Positions 41,392 through 51,002 of a DNA stretch of 64,000 bases are shown here, in pieces; the first letter of the stretch is position 1, and each line of letters starts with the position of its first letter. The notes below the pieces were generated by a model. The model made no database searches. It was not told the origin of the DNA and worked only from the letters and a program-made list of their open reading frames with translations. Location of the stretch: IMG/VR virus record IMGVR_UViG_3300032294_001063; one strand, given 5' to 3'. Position numbers and translations under genes: made by a program. This DNA is from an uncultured virus (IMG/VR IMGVR_UViG_3300032294_001063). Lineage: Duplodnaviria > Heunggongvirae > Uroviricota > Caudoviricetes.

Positions 41392-43935
41392 TTGACTAGA
41401 AAGTTACAATACTTTTTAACCAGCCTTTTTATTATTGGCTGGCTTTTCCTTTTTAGCCCTAACTTTGCTAATGCTAATGAGCCACCAGCGCCTTCAGAAC
41501 AGGTTGTTGTAAGCCCTGCACAACAAGCAGTTAACACAGCTATTGCAACTGCAACTATAGAGGTAGCACAAGCAGTTGCAGCATCAGAAACAGCCACTGC
41601 TACAATAGCAACAGCAGTTCAGGCAGTAACAACATCTAACATAGCAGTGTCTACTGCAAATACTGCAGTAGCAGCAGCGGTAGCAGCAGTTGCAGAAGTT
41701 GCAAATACATCAACAGTTGTGGAAACAGCAACGGCAGTAGTTAGCAATGTAACGAGTGCAGTAACTTCAGTAACAACAGCGGTTCAAGCAATTCCTGCAA
41801 ATGCAACAACAGCAAATTCAGAGGTAGCATCTGCCCAGGCAGCAGTTGAATCAGCAACTACAGTAATAACAGCCGCATCAGAGACTGTTGTATCATCATC
41901 AAACACTTTGTCAACAACACCTCTTACTACAGTTGGAGAGGTAGCCGCAGCTGTTGCAACAGAAGTAGCGCAGGCCGAAACAGCCTCTACTGCAATACAA
42001 GTAGCTCAGTCAGCAGTAGATACAGCTACTGCTACAGTTGCAACGGCAACCACGGCTGTATCAGCAGTAAATCCAGCACGTACAGAGGCACAAACACAAT
42101 TAACTCAAGCAAATATAGCAATTAATAACGCTCAAGATGCTGTAAACGCTCTAGCTTCAACTATTGGAACAAGCGTAAATGTATTAGCAAACGTAGATGA
42201 TGCTGGCGTAAGAATGACATTGCCTTTTAATTTACGTATGGGTGACGTTGTTTATAATAACGTATTTGTTGGATCAAATGCAACAATTACTTTTGGAGTT
42301 AATGAAGGCGGAACATATCATACTACCCCTAATGCACCATCTATATCTATAGCAGGATGGGACTGGACTACGTGGAGTAATGGTTCTGGAATTACATACT
42401 CAACTACTACAAATACCCTTTCGGTTGCTTGGGATCTTAGAGTTTTCCCATTAACTACCGCTGAAACACAAATGACTCAAGTTAGATTTAATGCAGATGT
42501 TAACCCATCCAACGGAGCTTGGCAGGCAGACGTTAATGTTACTGGGCCAATACCAAATGGTGCTAGATTTAATATAAGAGAAGCAGCAGGCGGAGCCATA
42601 ACACCTATTGTTGATACTAATCCAGGACCTGGATTTAATGGAACAATAAGTCAGGGACCAGCATTTACTCCAATTGCAGATCCAAATACAGCAACAATAC
42701 AGTCTGCAATAGATGCAGCAAATGCACAAATTGCTACATTAAACTCAACGATTACAAATGTTGTTGCAGCAAATACAGCAAATGCAAATACAGTGATTGC
42801 ACCAAGAACAACTGTTTCACAAAACACGATAAATGCATTAGCAACATCAAATACAGCATTGACTGAAAAGATAGCGGATCTTGCAATTATTTCTACAGCC
42901 GTAGAAAAAGTAACTACGGCACCTACAATAGTAGCAGCAGCACAAACAGTAATTGATTCAGTTCCTGAACCAGCACCAGTACCTACACCAGCACCTGAAC
43001 CTGCTCCTACTCCACCAATACCAGTTGAGCCACCAGTTGTTGAGCCACCAGTTGTTGAGCCACCAGTTGTTGAACCACCAGTTGTTGAACCACCTGCAGA
43101 AGAGCCACCTGCAGAAGAGCCACCTGCAGAAGAGCCACCTGCAGAAGAGCCACCTGCAGAAGAGCCACCTGCAGAAGAGCCACCTGCAGAAGACCCAGTC
43201 ACAGAAGATCCTGTGGTGGATGAACCAGAAGTTGAAGAACCAATTGTAGATGAGCCAATCATAGAAGAACCAGAAGTTGAAGAACCAGAAACTGGGTCAG
43301 AAGAGGCAGTAGAAGAATCTGTTGATGACGCATTGTCTGATGGAAAAATAGATGCAGAAGAAGCAGAAGATATTTTAAATGAACTTGCAAGTGATGGTGA
43401 AGTAACTGCAGAAGAAGTTCAAAATCTTGCAAACGCTTTATCCGAAGATGGAAAATTAACTAATGCAGAAAAAGAATTAGTAGCAGACGCTCTTGTAAAA
43501 TCGCTTGAAGAAGGAGAGTCTTTGACTAAAGAACAAATCCAGGCAGCTGGAATTGAATATAAGGATTTGCCTGCAGATACTCCAGTTGAAGTAAGACAAG
43601 ATGAAAATGGTAATGAAGTTGTTATTACAGCAGAAGTAGCAGCATCATTAGTTTTGCTTGAAAATCCTGCAGAGTTATTGTCAACAGCATTTTCAGATCC
43701 TGGAGCAGCACTCCAAGCATTAGGAAATATAGGTGCTGATATGTCAGATGAAGAAAGAGAAGAAGCAACAGATATGGTTGTAGCTACAGTTGTAGCAGCA
43801 GGTGCAGCAATTAACGCAGCAGCAGTAGCCGCAGGAGGAGCCACTGGAGGTGGCACAGGAAGCGGAGGAAATTCTGGTGGGGGTGGTGCTTCAGGTGCCA
43901 ATTCACCAGGTTCACGAGGAGGTAGAAAATGGTAA
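41392..43935 (+). CDS. Large exported/membrane-anchored surface protein
   Basis: Signal peptide; Ala/Thr-rich helical stalk; NIDO-like domain (DDAGVRMTLPFNL..VFVGSNATITF); Pro/Glu repeats; DGx(I/V/L)xxxE repeats; hydrophobic and Gly-rich tail. Confidence 0.75.
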   Translation: MTRKLQYFLTSLFIIGWLFLFSPNFANANEPPAPSEQVVVSPAQQAVNTAIATATIEVAQAVAASETATATIATAVQAVTTSNIAVSTANTAVAAAVAAVAEVANTSTVVETATAVVSNVTSAVTSVTTAVQAIPANATTANSEVASAQAAVESATTVITAASETVVSSSNTLSTTPLTTVGEVAAAVATEVAQAETASTAIQVAQSAVDTATATVATATTAVSAVNPARTEAQTQLTQANIAINNAQDAVNALASTIGTSVNVLANVDDAGVRMTLPFNLRMGDVVYNNVFVGSNATITFGVNEGGTYHTTPNAPSISIAGWDWTTWSNGSGITYSTTTNTLSVAWDLRVFPLTTAETQMTQVRFNADVNPSNGAWQADVNVTGPIPNGARFNIREAAGGAITPIVDTNPGPGFNGTISQGPAFTPIADPNTATIQSAIDAANAQIATLNSTITNVVAANTANANTVIAPRTTVSQNTINALATSNTALTEKIADLAIISTAVEKVTTAPTIVAAAQTVIDSVPEPAPVPTPAPEPAPTPPIPVEPPVVEPPVVEPPVVEPPVVEPPAEEPPAEEPPAEEPPAEEPPAEEPPAEEPPAEDPVTEDPVVDEPEVEEPIVDEPIIEEPEVEEPETGSEEAVEESVDDALSDGKIDAEEAEDILNELASDGEVTAEEVQNLANALSEDGKLTNAEKELVADALVKSLEEGESLTKEQIQAAGIEYKDLPADTPVEVRQDENGNEVVITAEVAASLVLLENPAELLSTAFSDPGAALQALGNIGADMSDEEREEATDMVVATVVAAGAAINAAAVAAGGATGGGTGSGGNSGGGGASGANSPGSRGGRKW
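43027..43191 (+). repeat. 15-bp coding tandem repeats (EPPVV x4, EPPAE x7)
   Basis: GAGCCACCAGTTGTT and GAGCCACCTGCAGAA units. Confidence 0.95.
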
Positions 43936-44111
43936 GAATAATAAAAAACATAATCAAAGATCTAGTTGATCAGGCCTGGACCCTTCTAGGTATGTTTATA
44001 GCCTGGGTAGTTTTAGACGGAAGTGCAAAAACTGTAGTAGGATATGGAATTATAGCTACCACAGCACTTTGGATATTGACAAGCCCTGCTAGAAATAAGG
44101 ATTCAGAGTAG
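43929..44111 (+). CDS. Small two-TM membrane protein
   Basis: WTLLGMFIAWVVLDGSAK..VGY. Confidence 0.65.
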   Translation: MVRIIKNIIKDLVDQAWTLLGMFIAWVVLDGSAKTVVGYGIIATTALWILTSPARNKDSE

Positions 44112-44125
44112 GGTATAATAGAGGT

Positions 44126-44344
44126 ATGAAAAGAATAACTGCTATTGCTTTGTCAGGGCTATTAATGCTATCATTAACTAGCTGCGGATATCAAGGTCAT
44201 TACAGATATCCTTGCCAAGATCCTGCAAATTGGGAGAAGGCGGAATGCAATCCTCCAATCTGTGAAGCAACAGGCACATGCACTAAAGATGTAATTGGTA
44301 AAGATCCAAATACAACAACTGAAACAGGTAATTCAAATGGCTAG
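44126..44344 (+). CDS. Small Cys-rich lipoprotein
   Basis: Lipobox LTSC; YRYPCQDPANW..C.PP.C...C. Confidence 0.7.
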   Translation: MKRITAIALSGLLMLSLTSCGYQGHYRYPCQDPANWEKAECNPPICEATGTCTKDVIGKDPNTTTETGNSNG

Positions 44345-44744
44345 AGAAAGACTAAGTCCTCAAGATCTGGACGCTAGATTAAAATTTATTTTAGGAATAA
44401 CATTGGGCACGATTCTTTTGTGCACATCATTAGGTATTCTATACGCACTTATTTTTGTAACGCAACCAATTGGAGCTCAGTCAGAAAATGACAAGATGTT
44501 TTTTAATGTTCTTGGTAGCGTTGCAACATTTATTACAGGAACACTTGCAGGTCTATTGATTGGTCAATCTGGTGCTAAAGACATTATGTCAGCACAGTTG
44601 GCAAACAAGGAAATGGACGCAAAAAATACACAGGCAGACAAAAAGCTTGAAGCAGAAATTGATGCAACCGCTGCACGTTTAGCAGCAAAGCCAGACGGTG
44701 CCATGCCAGAAGTACAGCCAGTTGATGAAGATTGGGATAAGTAA
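44337..44744 (+). CDS. Two-TM membrane protein (holin candidate)
   Basis: Two hydrophobic helices; upstream of endolysin. Confidence 0.55.
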   Translation: MARERLSPQDLDARLKFILGITLGTILLCTSLGILYALIFVTQPIGAQSENDKMFFNVLGSVATFITGTLAGLLIGQSGAKDIMSAQLANKEMDAKNTQADKKLEAEIDATAARLAAKPDGAMPEVQPVDEDWDK

Positions 44745-44746
44745 TT

Positions 44747-44968
44747 ATGTCAGACTCAACTAAAAAGACGCTTGCTAAAACATTAAGCTGGGAAACATTT
44801 CATTTAATTGGTGTTGCTGGAATAATTGCAATTGTTACATATATTATGACTGGTGAAGTCGAATATGAATATGCAACACTGGGTGCTTTAGGATATATTT
44901 TATGGGAAGCTTTAGGATACTTTCTACACGAAAGAGTCTGGGCAAAATTTGGGAATAAGGTGAAGTAA
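44747..44968 (+). CDS. DUF2061-like membrane protein
   Basis: KTLAKTLSW...YFLHERVW. Confidence 0.7.
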   Translation: MSDSTKKTLAKTLSWETFHLIGVAGIIAIVTYIMTGEVEYEYATLGALGYILWEALGYFLHERVWAKFGNKVK

Positions 44969-45543
44969 TGGCAGATCAAGGAACAGCAGCACGTCTTATT
45001 GAAGTTGCTACAGCAGAAATAGGAACCATTGAAGGTCCTAAGGATAACGAAACTAAATACGGTGCCTTTATGAAAGCTAACTTCCAACCTTGGTGTGGAA
45101 GTTTTGTTAACTGGTGTGCAAACGAAGCTGGAGTAAAGATTCCTAATACTGTGTACACACCAAGCGGTGCACAAGCATTTAAAAAAGCTGGTCAATGGAT
45201 TGATGGAGACATAGCAGATCCAGAACCAGGAGATATTGCCTATTTTGATTTCCCATCAGATGGCGTCGATAGAATTTCTCACGTTGGAATTGTTGTAAAA
45301 GACAATGAAGACGGAACTGTTTGGTGTATTGAAGGAAATACTTCTTCAAAGAAAAAGGGAAGTCAAAGAAATGGTGGAGAAACCTGCAAACAGCTTCGTG
45401 CTTTTAAAAAAAATAAAGCTGGTGTAATGATTTCAATAGTAGGATTTGGTCGTCCAAAATTTAAGTCAGCAGGTGCAGCACCTGTTGCAGAACAAAAATC
45501 TGCCAAGTCTAAGACAAAAGTTTGCCCAACCTGCGGAAAGTAA
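44968..45543 (+). CDS. CHAP-domain endolysin
   Basis: PWCGSFV, PGDI.F, SHVGIV, IEGNT, GFGRP. Confidence 0.88.
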   Translation: MADQGTAARLIEVATAEIGTIEGPKDNETKYGAFMKANFQPWCGSFVNWCANEAGVKIPNTVYTPSGAQAFKKAGQWIDGDIADPEPGDIAYFDFPSDGVDRISHVGIVVKDNEDGTVWCIEGNTSSKKKGSQRNGGETCKQLRAFKKNKAGVMISIVGFGRPKFKSAGAAPVAEQKSAKSKTKVCPTCGK

Positions 45544-45687
45544 ATGAATACATACAGCATTAAGATTGAAATAAATGCAGAAGTTCAAGCATTTAGCGAA
45601 GAAGATGCTGCAGAGTATATCAATGATATATTTGGCATAGATGAAGAAGTTAAAAGCGTTAAAGTAATTAGCGTTAAGGAGAAATAA
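45544..45687 (+). CDS. Small acidic protein (47 aa)
   Basis: VQAFSEEDA; not in ORF track. Confidence 0.55.
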   Translation: MNTYSIKIEINAEVQAFSEEDAAEYINDIFGIDEEVKSVKVISVKEK

Positions 45688-45688
45688 A

Positions 45689-46486
45689 ATGGCAAAAGAA
45701 GGATACAAGCCTACTTCTGGAATGCAATCAGCAGCACGTCGTGCCATTAAATTAAAAGAACAAGGCAAGGCAAAGGGTGCGGGTACTGCAGTTGGATGGA
45801 CCCGTGCAGGACAACTTGCTAGAGGAGAGACTTTAAGTCTTTCTACAGTTAAACGTATGTATTCTTATTTCTCACGTCATGAAGTAGATAAAAAAGGTAA
45901 GGACTGGGACAATGCAGAAAGCCCATCTAATGGAAAGATTATGTGGTTAGCATGGGGTGGAGACGCAGGATTTTCCTGGTCTAGAAAAATAGTTGAACGG
46001 GAGAAAAATATGAAAAAATCATTAGAAATACAGGAAGCACTAGAAGAAATTAAAGACATCCTAGATGATGTGGTTAATCCTATCACTAAGGCAATTGAGA
46101 TTGAAATTGAAGAAGATGACGAAGAAGATGACACAGAAGAAGATGACACAGAAGACACTGAAGGATGCGACTGTGAAGGTTGCGAAGAGTGTAAGTCAAA
46201 TGGCGGATGCACAGAAAAGATGTGCTCAGGACATAAAAAGATAAAGAAATCTGAAGATCTATCAGATGAAGAAATTTCGAAGTCTTATGAGTCAGATAAT
46301 GAAGATGAAGATAAATGGGATAATGTTGAAAAAGCATGCTGGGCTGGATATACTCAAAGAGGTATGAAAGAAAAGGGTGGCAGAATGGTGCCAAATTGTG
46401 TCCCAATAGAAAAATCATACGATGAAGAAGATAAAGAAGAGCCTAAAATTAAAAAGTCCATATGGGGTGGAACTTTTCTTAAATAA
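45689..46486 (+). CDS. Putative head-internal/morphogenesis protein
   Basis: GT.VG..RA.QLA.GE.LS..TVKRM.S.F.RH..WGGD domain; acidic linker; CW.GY...G.K...VPNCVP. Confidence 0.6.
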   Translation: MAKEGYKPTSGMQSAARRAIKLKEQGKAKGAGTAVGWTRAGQLARGETLSLSTVKRMYSYFSRHEVDKKGKDWDNAESPSNGKIMWLAWGGDAGFSWSRKIVEREKNMKKSLEIQEALEEIKDILDDVVNPITKAIEIEIEEDDEEDDTEEDDTEDTEGCDCEGCEECKSNGGCTEKMCSGHKKIKKSEDLSDEEISKSYESDNEDEDKWDNVEKACWAGYTQRGMKEKGGRMVPNCVPIEKSYDEEDKEEPKIKKSIWGGTFLK

Positions 46487-46489
46487 GTA

Positions 46490-46519
46490 TTGACATAGCC
46501 GCAGATTTTACTGTATAAT
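46490..46519 (+). promoter_or_regulatory. Sigma70/SigA-type promoter
   Basis: TTGACA-18-TATAAT. Confidence 0.7.
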
Positions 46520-46558
46520 ATATATCAGTGGGATGCTGCGGTTTATGTTTAGGGAATA

Positions 46559-46786
46559 ATGTTAAATCTAACAGAACTAGGTGTCGAAGTCTTTATTAAA
46601 AGGGCTAAGAATATAACCCCCTTTTGGGACAATTACGATCTAGTAATTTGGAAAAAAGATATTAACGGATTTACAAATGTAAAGGGCATGTTCAGACAGA
46701 ACGCATGGGGGACAGCAGAAAGAATTTCTGTTGATAGTAACGGAATATGGAAGTTGCCCGCAAAGCATGTCAAGCATTTTAAATGA
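46559..46786 (+). CDS. Hypothetical protein
   Basis: ORF after promoter; Trp-rich. Confidence 0.6.
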   Translation: MLNLTELGVEVFIKRAKNITPFWDNYDLVIWKKDINGFTNVKGMFRQNAWGTAERISVDSNGIWKLPAKHVKHFK

Positions 46787-47078
46787 TTTAGGCATAGACG
46801 AAGATGATTTAGATTGGTTCCACCTTGCGATATGCAGAGGAATGGATACCAATTTGTTTTATGAAAAATATGAATCTGATGCTAACATCGCAAGAAACAT
46901 AGATGAAATGTGTTTTAGTTGTCCAGTAATGAAAATGTGTTATGAATCTGGATCAGAAGGTAATGAGTATGGTGTGTGGGGCGGAGTATATTTAAGTTCA
47001 GGATCTATCGATAAATCAAAAAATTTACACAAAACACCAGAAGACTGGAAAAGGTTAAAGAGAAAAAATGTTTATTAA
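46767..47078 (+). CDS. whiB: WhiB-family transcription factor
   Basis: Four Cys (C..C..CPV...C) and YGVWGG; basic tail. Confidence 0.9.
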   Translation: MSSILNDLGIDEDDLDWFHLAICRGMDTNLFYEKYESDANIARNIDEMCFSCPVMKMCYESGSEGNEYGVWGGVYLSSGSIDKSKNLHKTPEDWKRLKRKNVY

Positions 47079-47388
47079 TAAAAAAGACATTAACGAGCAT
47101 TTTAAATATGGAATAAATGAATGGACTGGCGAACCAAACAAACCTGTTTTTTACACCGAAGAAATGAAAAAAGCAGTACATCAAGTAAAGAAGCCACCTA
47201 TGCTTCTTATGGACATAGTAATGTACCCAGAGTTTTTAGCGTTAAGACTGTATGAAGATAATTTTTTACAATTTGAAGGAACCAAAAAAGAAATGGTTAT
47301 TGATTATGTAGGAAAGATCAAGCGGTTGCTTGAGTCATACGGAGTAAGATGCGAGCTGGAGGGCAAGCCTAGTGAAAGAGTACTATGA
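47068..47388 (+). CDS. Hypothetical protein
   Basis: Overlapping operon. Confidence 0.55.
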   Translation: MFINKKDINEHFKYGINEWTGEPNKPVFYTEEMKKAVHQVKKPPMLLMDIVMYPEFLALRLYEDNFLQFEGTKKEMVIDYVGKIKRLLESYGVRCELEGKPSERVL

Positions 47389-47569
47389 CGTTATTAGTGT
47401 TGTATATATCCATTCAGAAGAATGTCATGGCACGGTAGAAAAACTTGGTGCATGGGCATCAATAGTTAAATATAATAAAGATGGCACGGAGTACAGCGAA
47501 TTAATGGAAAATGAAGAGTTCAGTATAATTGATGAAATAGTTTTTAAACATATTGAGGAATCGGAATAA
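47372..47569 (+). CDS. Hypothetical protein (SH3-like)
   Basis: Overlapping operon; beta-rich. Confidence 0.5.
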   Translation: MKEYYDVISVVYIHSEECHGTVEKLGAWASIVKYNKDGTEYSELMENEEFSIIDEIVFKHIEESE

Positions 47570-47805
47570 TGGAAAAAATATTGTGTTACAGCTGCAACAA
47601 GTCTAAGAACAAGTTGGACGCTAAGAAATCTGCCCTTTTACCTATTAATTTACTAATTTGTGAAACTTGTTCTTCTTCTAAATTTGAGCCACGTTGGGTC
47701 ATTATATTAGCTGGCAGATCTTCTGGTCCAGATCATGTTAAAGAATATATAGTAAAAAGACGTTATGTCGGGAATGAAATCACCGCTTCGGAGCTTTTAA
47801 TTTAA
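47569..47805 (+). CDS. Zinc-finger protein
   Basis: CYSC...CETC. Confidence 0.6.
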   Translation: MEKILCYSCNKSKNKLDAKKSALLPINLLICETCSSSKFEPRWVIILAGRSSGPDHVKEYIVKRRYVGNEITASELLI

Positions 47806-47853
47806 GTCAACTATTATAGATTATAAATTATAGTCAAGTATAATTAGTCTATT

Positions 47854-48135
47854 ATGAGTATTCTTGAATGGATTGTGCTTTCTGCCGCTGCCGCCTCTGG
47901 CCTAGGATACTTTGGCAATAAATTTTTTAAGCTTTTTAAAACATGGTTTCAATTTATTCAGGACTGGAACGGAACAGAAGATAGGCCTGGAGTTGTAGAA
48001 AGATTAGAGCTTGGACACCTTAGGTTTGAGCATTTAGACGAAGAGATTAGAATAATTAAAGCTGAATTGTTTAATAATCATGGCACCTCATTAAGGGATG
48101 CAATTGATAGAATTGAAAAAAATACCTCTAAGTAG
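47854..48135 (+). CDS. N-terminally anchored membrane protein (DUF2746-like)
   Basis: TM plus RPGV.ERL...N.GTSLRDAIDR. Confidence 0.55.
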   Translation: MSILEWIVLSAAAASGLGYFGNKFFKLFKTWFQFIQDWNGTEDRPGVVERLELGHLRFEHLDEEIRIIKAELFNNHGTSLRDAIDRIEKNTSK

Positions 48136-48176
48136 CCTACTTGCACATCGAATTTTAAAATAGTATACTAGGTTAT

Positions 48177-48743
48177 ATGACCTGCATAGTAGCCCTTATT
48201 CATGAAAATAAAGTCCTTTTAGGGGGCGACGCTGCCGCATCAGACGATAAATCTGGTTTAATATTTCAACGTACAGATCCAAAAGTTTTTAAAGTTGGTC
48301 AGTTTGGTATAGGGTTTGTCGATAGCTTTAGAATGGGACAAATTTTACAGTATGCTTGGACACCACCAGTTTATAAACCAACTGCTGGATACAGAAACCT
48401 AGATAAGTTTATTAGAACAAAATTTGTAGAATCAATTAAAGATGCATTTAAAGAGCAGGGCTATGGAAACTTTGGCTCTAGCACTGAAGATGGTGATGAG
48501 GGTGGAATATTTTTAATAGCAGTGCAAGGTGCTGGAAGAATATTTACAATGGATTCTGATTTTCATATAGGTGAAGCAGATGTTCAGTATATGGCCGAAG
48601 GTGCTGGACAAGAACTTGCTCTTGGATCATTGTTTTCAACTGGACTAATCAAGACCCCACGTAAACGTGTTAGAATGGCTTTAGAGGCTGCAGCTAAGTT
48701 TAATATGAGCGTCAGGCCTCCCTTTACAATTATTGAAGTCTAG
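48177..48743 (+). CDS. Ntn-hydrolase, HslV/proteasome-beta-like protease
   Basis: N-terminal MTC (Thr nucleophile), GGD, PKVF, A.G.G...ALG. Confidence 0.75.
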   Translation: MTCIVALIHENKVLLGGDAAASDDKSGLIFQRTDPKVFKVGQFGIGFVDSFRMGQILQYAWTPPVYKPTAGYRNLDKFIRTKFVESIKDAFKEQGYGNFGSSTEDGDEGGIFLIAVQGAGRIFTMDSDFHIGEADVQYMAEGAGQELALGSLFSTGLIKTPRKRVRMALEAAAKFNMSVRPPFTIIEV

Positions 48744-48757
48744 AGTATAATAGATTT

Positions 48758-49084
48758 ATGAAATGGGTTAATCGTTTAGCAGCAACCGTCATTGGATTAA
48801 TCGGTATCGGCATCATTAAAGAGTTTTTTAATAGGTACGATGTCCTAGTATTTGATAAAAAAGATATAGAAGAGGCTAGACAAGACCAGGAAAATCCTGT
48901 ATCCAACCTAGTAGACTTGCGTGGAACCCCCACACATGCTTGTGTTTGTGGATCAATTCATTTTTATGTAAGGGCTATCTTTGATGATTACGAGATCGCA
49001 ACTTATTTTTTAGATATGCAGTGCGTTGAGTGTGGAGCTTTATTAACAGCGCCAACTCCATTAGACAGAGAGATAAAAGAGTGA
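48758..49084 (+). CDS. Membrane-anchored zinc-binding protein
   Basis: TM; DLRG.PTH.C.CG...C..CG. Confidence 0.6.
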   Translation: MKWVNRLAATVIGLIGIGIIKEFFNRYDVLVFDKKDIEEARQDQENPVSNLVDLRGTPTHACVCGSIHFYVRAIFDDYEIATYFLDMQCVECGALLTAPTPLDREIKE

Positions 49085-49251
49085 GAAAATCAGACAGAAT
49101 TAGACTGCTTGAAATGGAAATGCTTAGAATGCAATTTCAAATTGAGTATTTGAGCACAGCGGTTAGCCTACTACTAGAAGAAAATAAAGTAAAGGGTCCA
49201 GAAATGGACGCTGGCAAGTGGTACAACTCCAAATTAAACAAAGATAAGTAG
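49081..49251 (+). CDS. Small coiled-coil protein
   Basis: GTGA overlap. Confidence 0.5.
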   Translation: MRKSDRIRLLEMEMLRMQFQIEYLSTAVSLLLEENKVKGPEMDAGKWYNSKLNKDK

Positions 49252-49291
49252 GCTATTGACAAGACTTATTGCATTTAGTATTATATAGTCT

Positions 49292-50227
49292 ATGAATAAA
49301 AAAATACTAGTGGGCCTAATTGCCCTTACACTATCAATACCATCAATATCGCATGCAAACGTAAAGAACAGGACCGTATCGGCTCCGACCCTTGCAATTC
49401 TTGATACTGCTTTAGATACATCTATCCCAGCTATTAAAGAAAAACTTGTATACGAAGTATGTATACTAGAGTGGACAACATGTCCTAATGGAAAATCTTT
49501 TATGGAGGGTCCAGGATCCTCATTTTTACCACTAACATCTATTACAAGAAATGGATTTGATCATGGAACTCAAATGGCTTCCGCAGCAATTTCTGCAAAT
49601 CCAAATATGAACATAGTTTTTGTTAGAATTATTGGACAAAACATTAATGGTGATAGACAAATTACAACAGAAAAAACAGTTCATTCTGCTTTAGACTGGG
49701 TGTATGCTAATAGAGATAAGTTTAACATTAAGGCAGTTTCTATGTCTATGGGAGACTCAACTAGAGCATCGGGACAAAATTACTGTCCGTCTACCCCAAC
49801 TACACAACAATCAATTAAAAACTTGTTGTCTGTTGATATCCCAACATTTTTCCCTACTGGAAATGGTCGTGACTATTCCAGAATTGATTGGCCATCTTGC
49901 ATTCCAGAGGCTTTTGCTATAGGCTCTGGCTCTAGAAATGGAATTGATCTAATTAGCAACTCTGATCAATCTCTAACAGATTTTTATTCCGTTGGTAACG
50001 CAAGAGTTCTAGTCCCTGGAAATGTTGTTAGAAATGCTGCTGGAACATCCGTATCTGCTCAAATTGCAGCAGCACAATGGCTTACATTAAAGCAGGCTTA
50101 TCCACAATATACGGTTCAGCAAATTTCTGACCTGATTAACAAGACTGCTGTCAAAATTAATAGAGGTAAGAAGTTTCCAAATTCTTTTGGTAACCTATTT
50201 GACCTAAGTAGGGCAATCAATGGATAA
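49292..50227 (+). CDS. Secreted subtilisin-like (S8) serine protease
   Basis: Signal peptide; ILDT, HGTQMA, TGNG, GTSVSA; promoter TTGACA-17-TATTAT. Confidence 0.88.
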   Translation: MNKKILVGLIALTLSIPSISHANVKNRTVSAPTLAILDTALDTSIPAIKEKLVYEVCILEWTTCPNGKSFMEGPGSSFLPLTSITRNGFDHGTQMASAAISANPNMNIVFVRIIGQNINGDRQITTEKTVHSALDWVYANRDKFNIKAVSMSMGDSTRASGQNYCPSTPTTQQSIKNLLSVDIPTFFPTGNGRDYSRIDWPSCIPEAFAIGSGSRNGIDLISNSDQSLTDFYSVGNARVLVPGNVVRNAAGTSVSAQIAAAQWLTLKQAYPQYTVQQISDLINKTAVKINRGKKFPNSFGNLFDLSRAING

Positions 50228-50432
50228 GCAAATGACAGTGCTTGAGTCTATTGTACAAGATGTAGCAAAGGCCCTTTTTCAAAAATGGGCCAATGCTCTT
50301 CCTGAAGAACAGCAGTCAGAAGAAACAATTGCTAATTTAAATAAAAATGCCACAGAGTCTACATATTTTGTAGTTAAAATGTTTATGGATAAGTTTAATG
50401 AAGCAGCCGATGAACTTAAGGATAAAAATTGA
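50220..50432 (+). CDS. Hypothetical protein
   Basis: Overlapping operon. Confidence 0.55.
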   Translation: MDKQMTVLESIVQDVAKALFQKWANALPEEQQSEETIANLNKNATESTYFVVKMFMDKFNEAADELKDKN

Positions 50433-50731
50433 TAGTAACAGATCAAAATTTTGCTCAAGTTATTGAGTCTAATAGCTTAGTGCTTGTGGATTTCTGGGCT
50501 GAATGGTGCGGACCTTGTAAAAAGGTTTCACCAATACTTGACGAGATATCAAATGAAACTGGTTTACTAGTTGGTAAGTTAAATGTTGATGAGAATCCTG
50601 TAAAAATGGAAGAATACTCTGTACATTCAATACCAACTATGGTATTATTTAGTTCTGGTCAACCAGTTAAAACAATTGTTGGGGCAAAGCCTAAGCATAT
50701 GTTATTAAAGGAGTTGTCAGAATGGATCTAA
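50429..50731 (+). CDS. trxA: Thioredoxin
   Basis: DFWAEWCGPCK, SIPT. Confidence 0.95.
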   Translation: MIVTDQNFAQVIESNSLVLVDFWAEWCGPCKKVSPILDEISNETGLLVGKLNVDENPVKMEEYSVHSIPTMVLFSSGQPVKTIVGAKPKHMLLKELSEWI

Positions 50732-50955
50732 CGTTTAACAAATGGATTTCATATGGCATAGAAAAGGGTTGGTGTGGACCACCTGTATGTTCTACGCATG
50801 ATGGATTACCAATGTCTGAACAAGAAGACAGAAATTTTGATGAGGGACAAGACCCTTGCATTCATATCGTTCGAATGTACGAAGACGATGATATGAAAAA
50901 AAGTATTGAAGAAAGTCACTCTCCGTCACAATGGCGGAACTCGTACACAAGATAG
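50722..50955 (+). CDS. Conserved phage protein
   Basis: GWC.PPVC.THDG.P...DPC. Confidence 0.6.
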   Translation: MDLTFNKWISYGIEKGWCGPPVCSTHDGLPMSEQEDRNFDEGQDPCIHIVRMYEDDDMKKSIEESHSPSQWRNSYTR

Positions 50956-51002
50956 AATTCCATGCTCATTTAGAGGTGGATAAATTAAGGAGAATAAATT
51001 AA

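Noticed and set aside
42651..43901. Long antisense/alternate-frame ORFs with GGSSA and KSHLQ repeats
   Set aside because: Shadows of the repeat-rich + strand gene; no RBS or promoter
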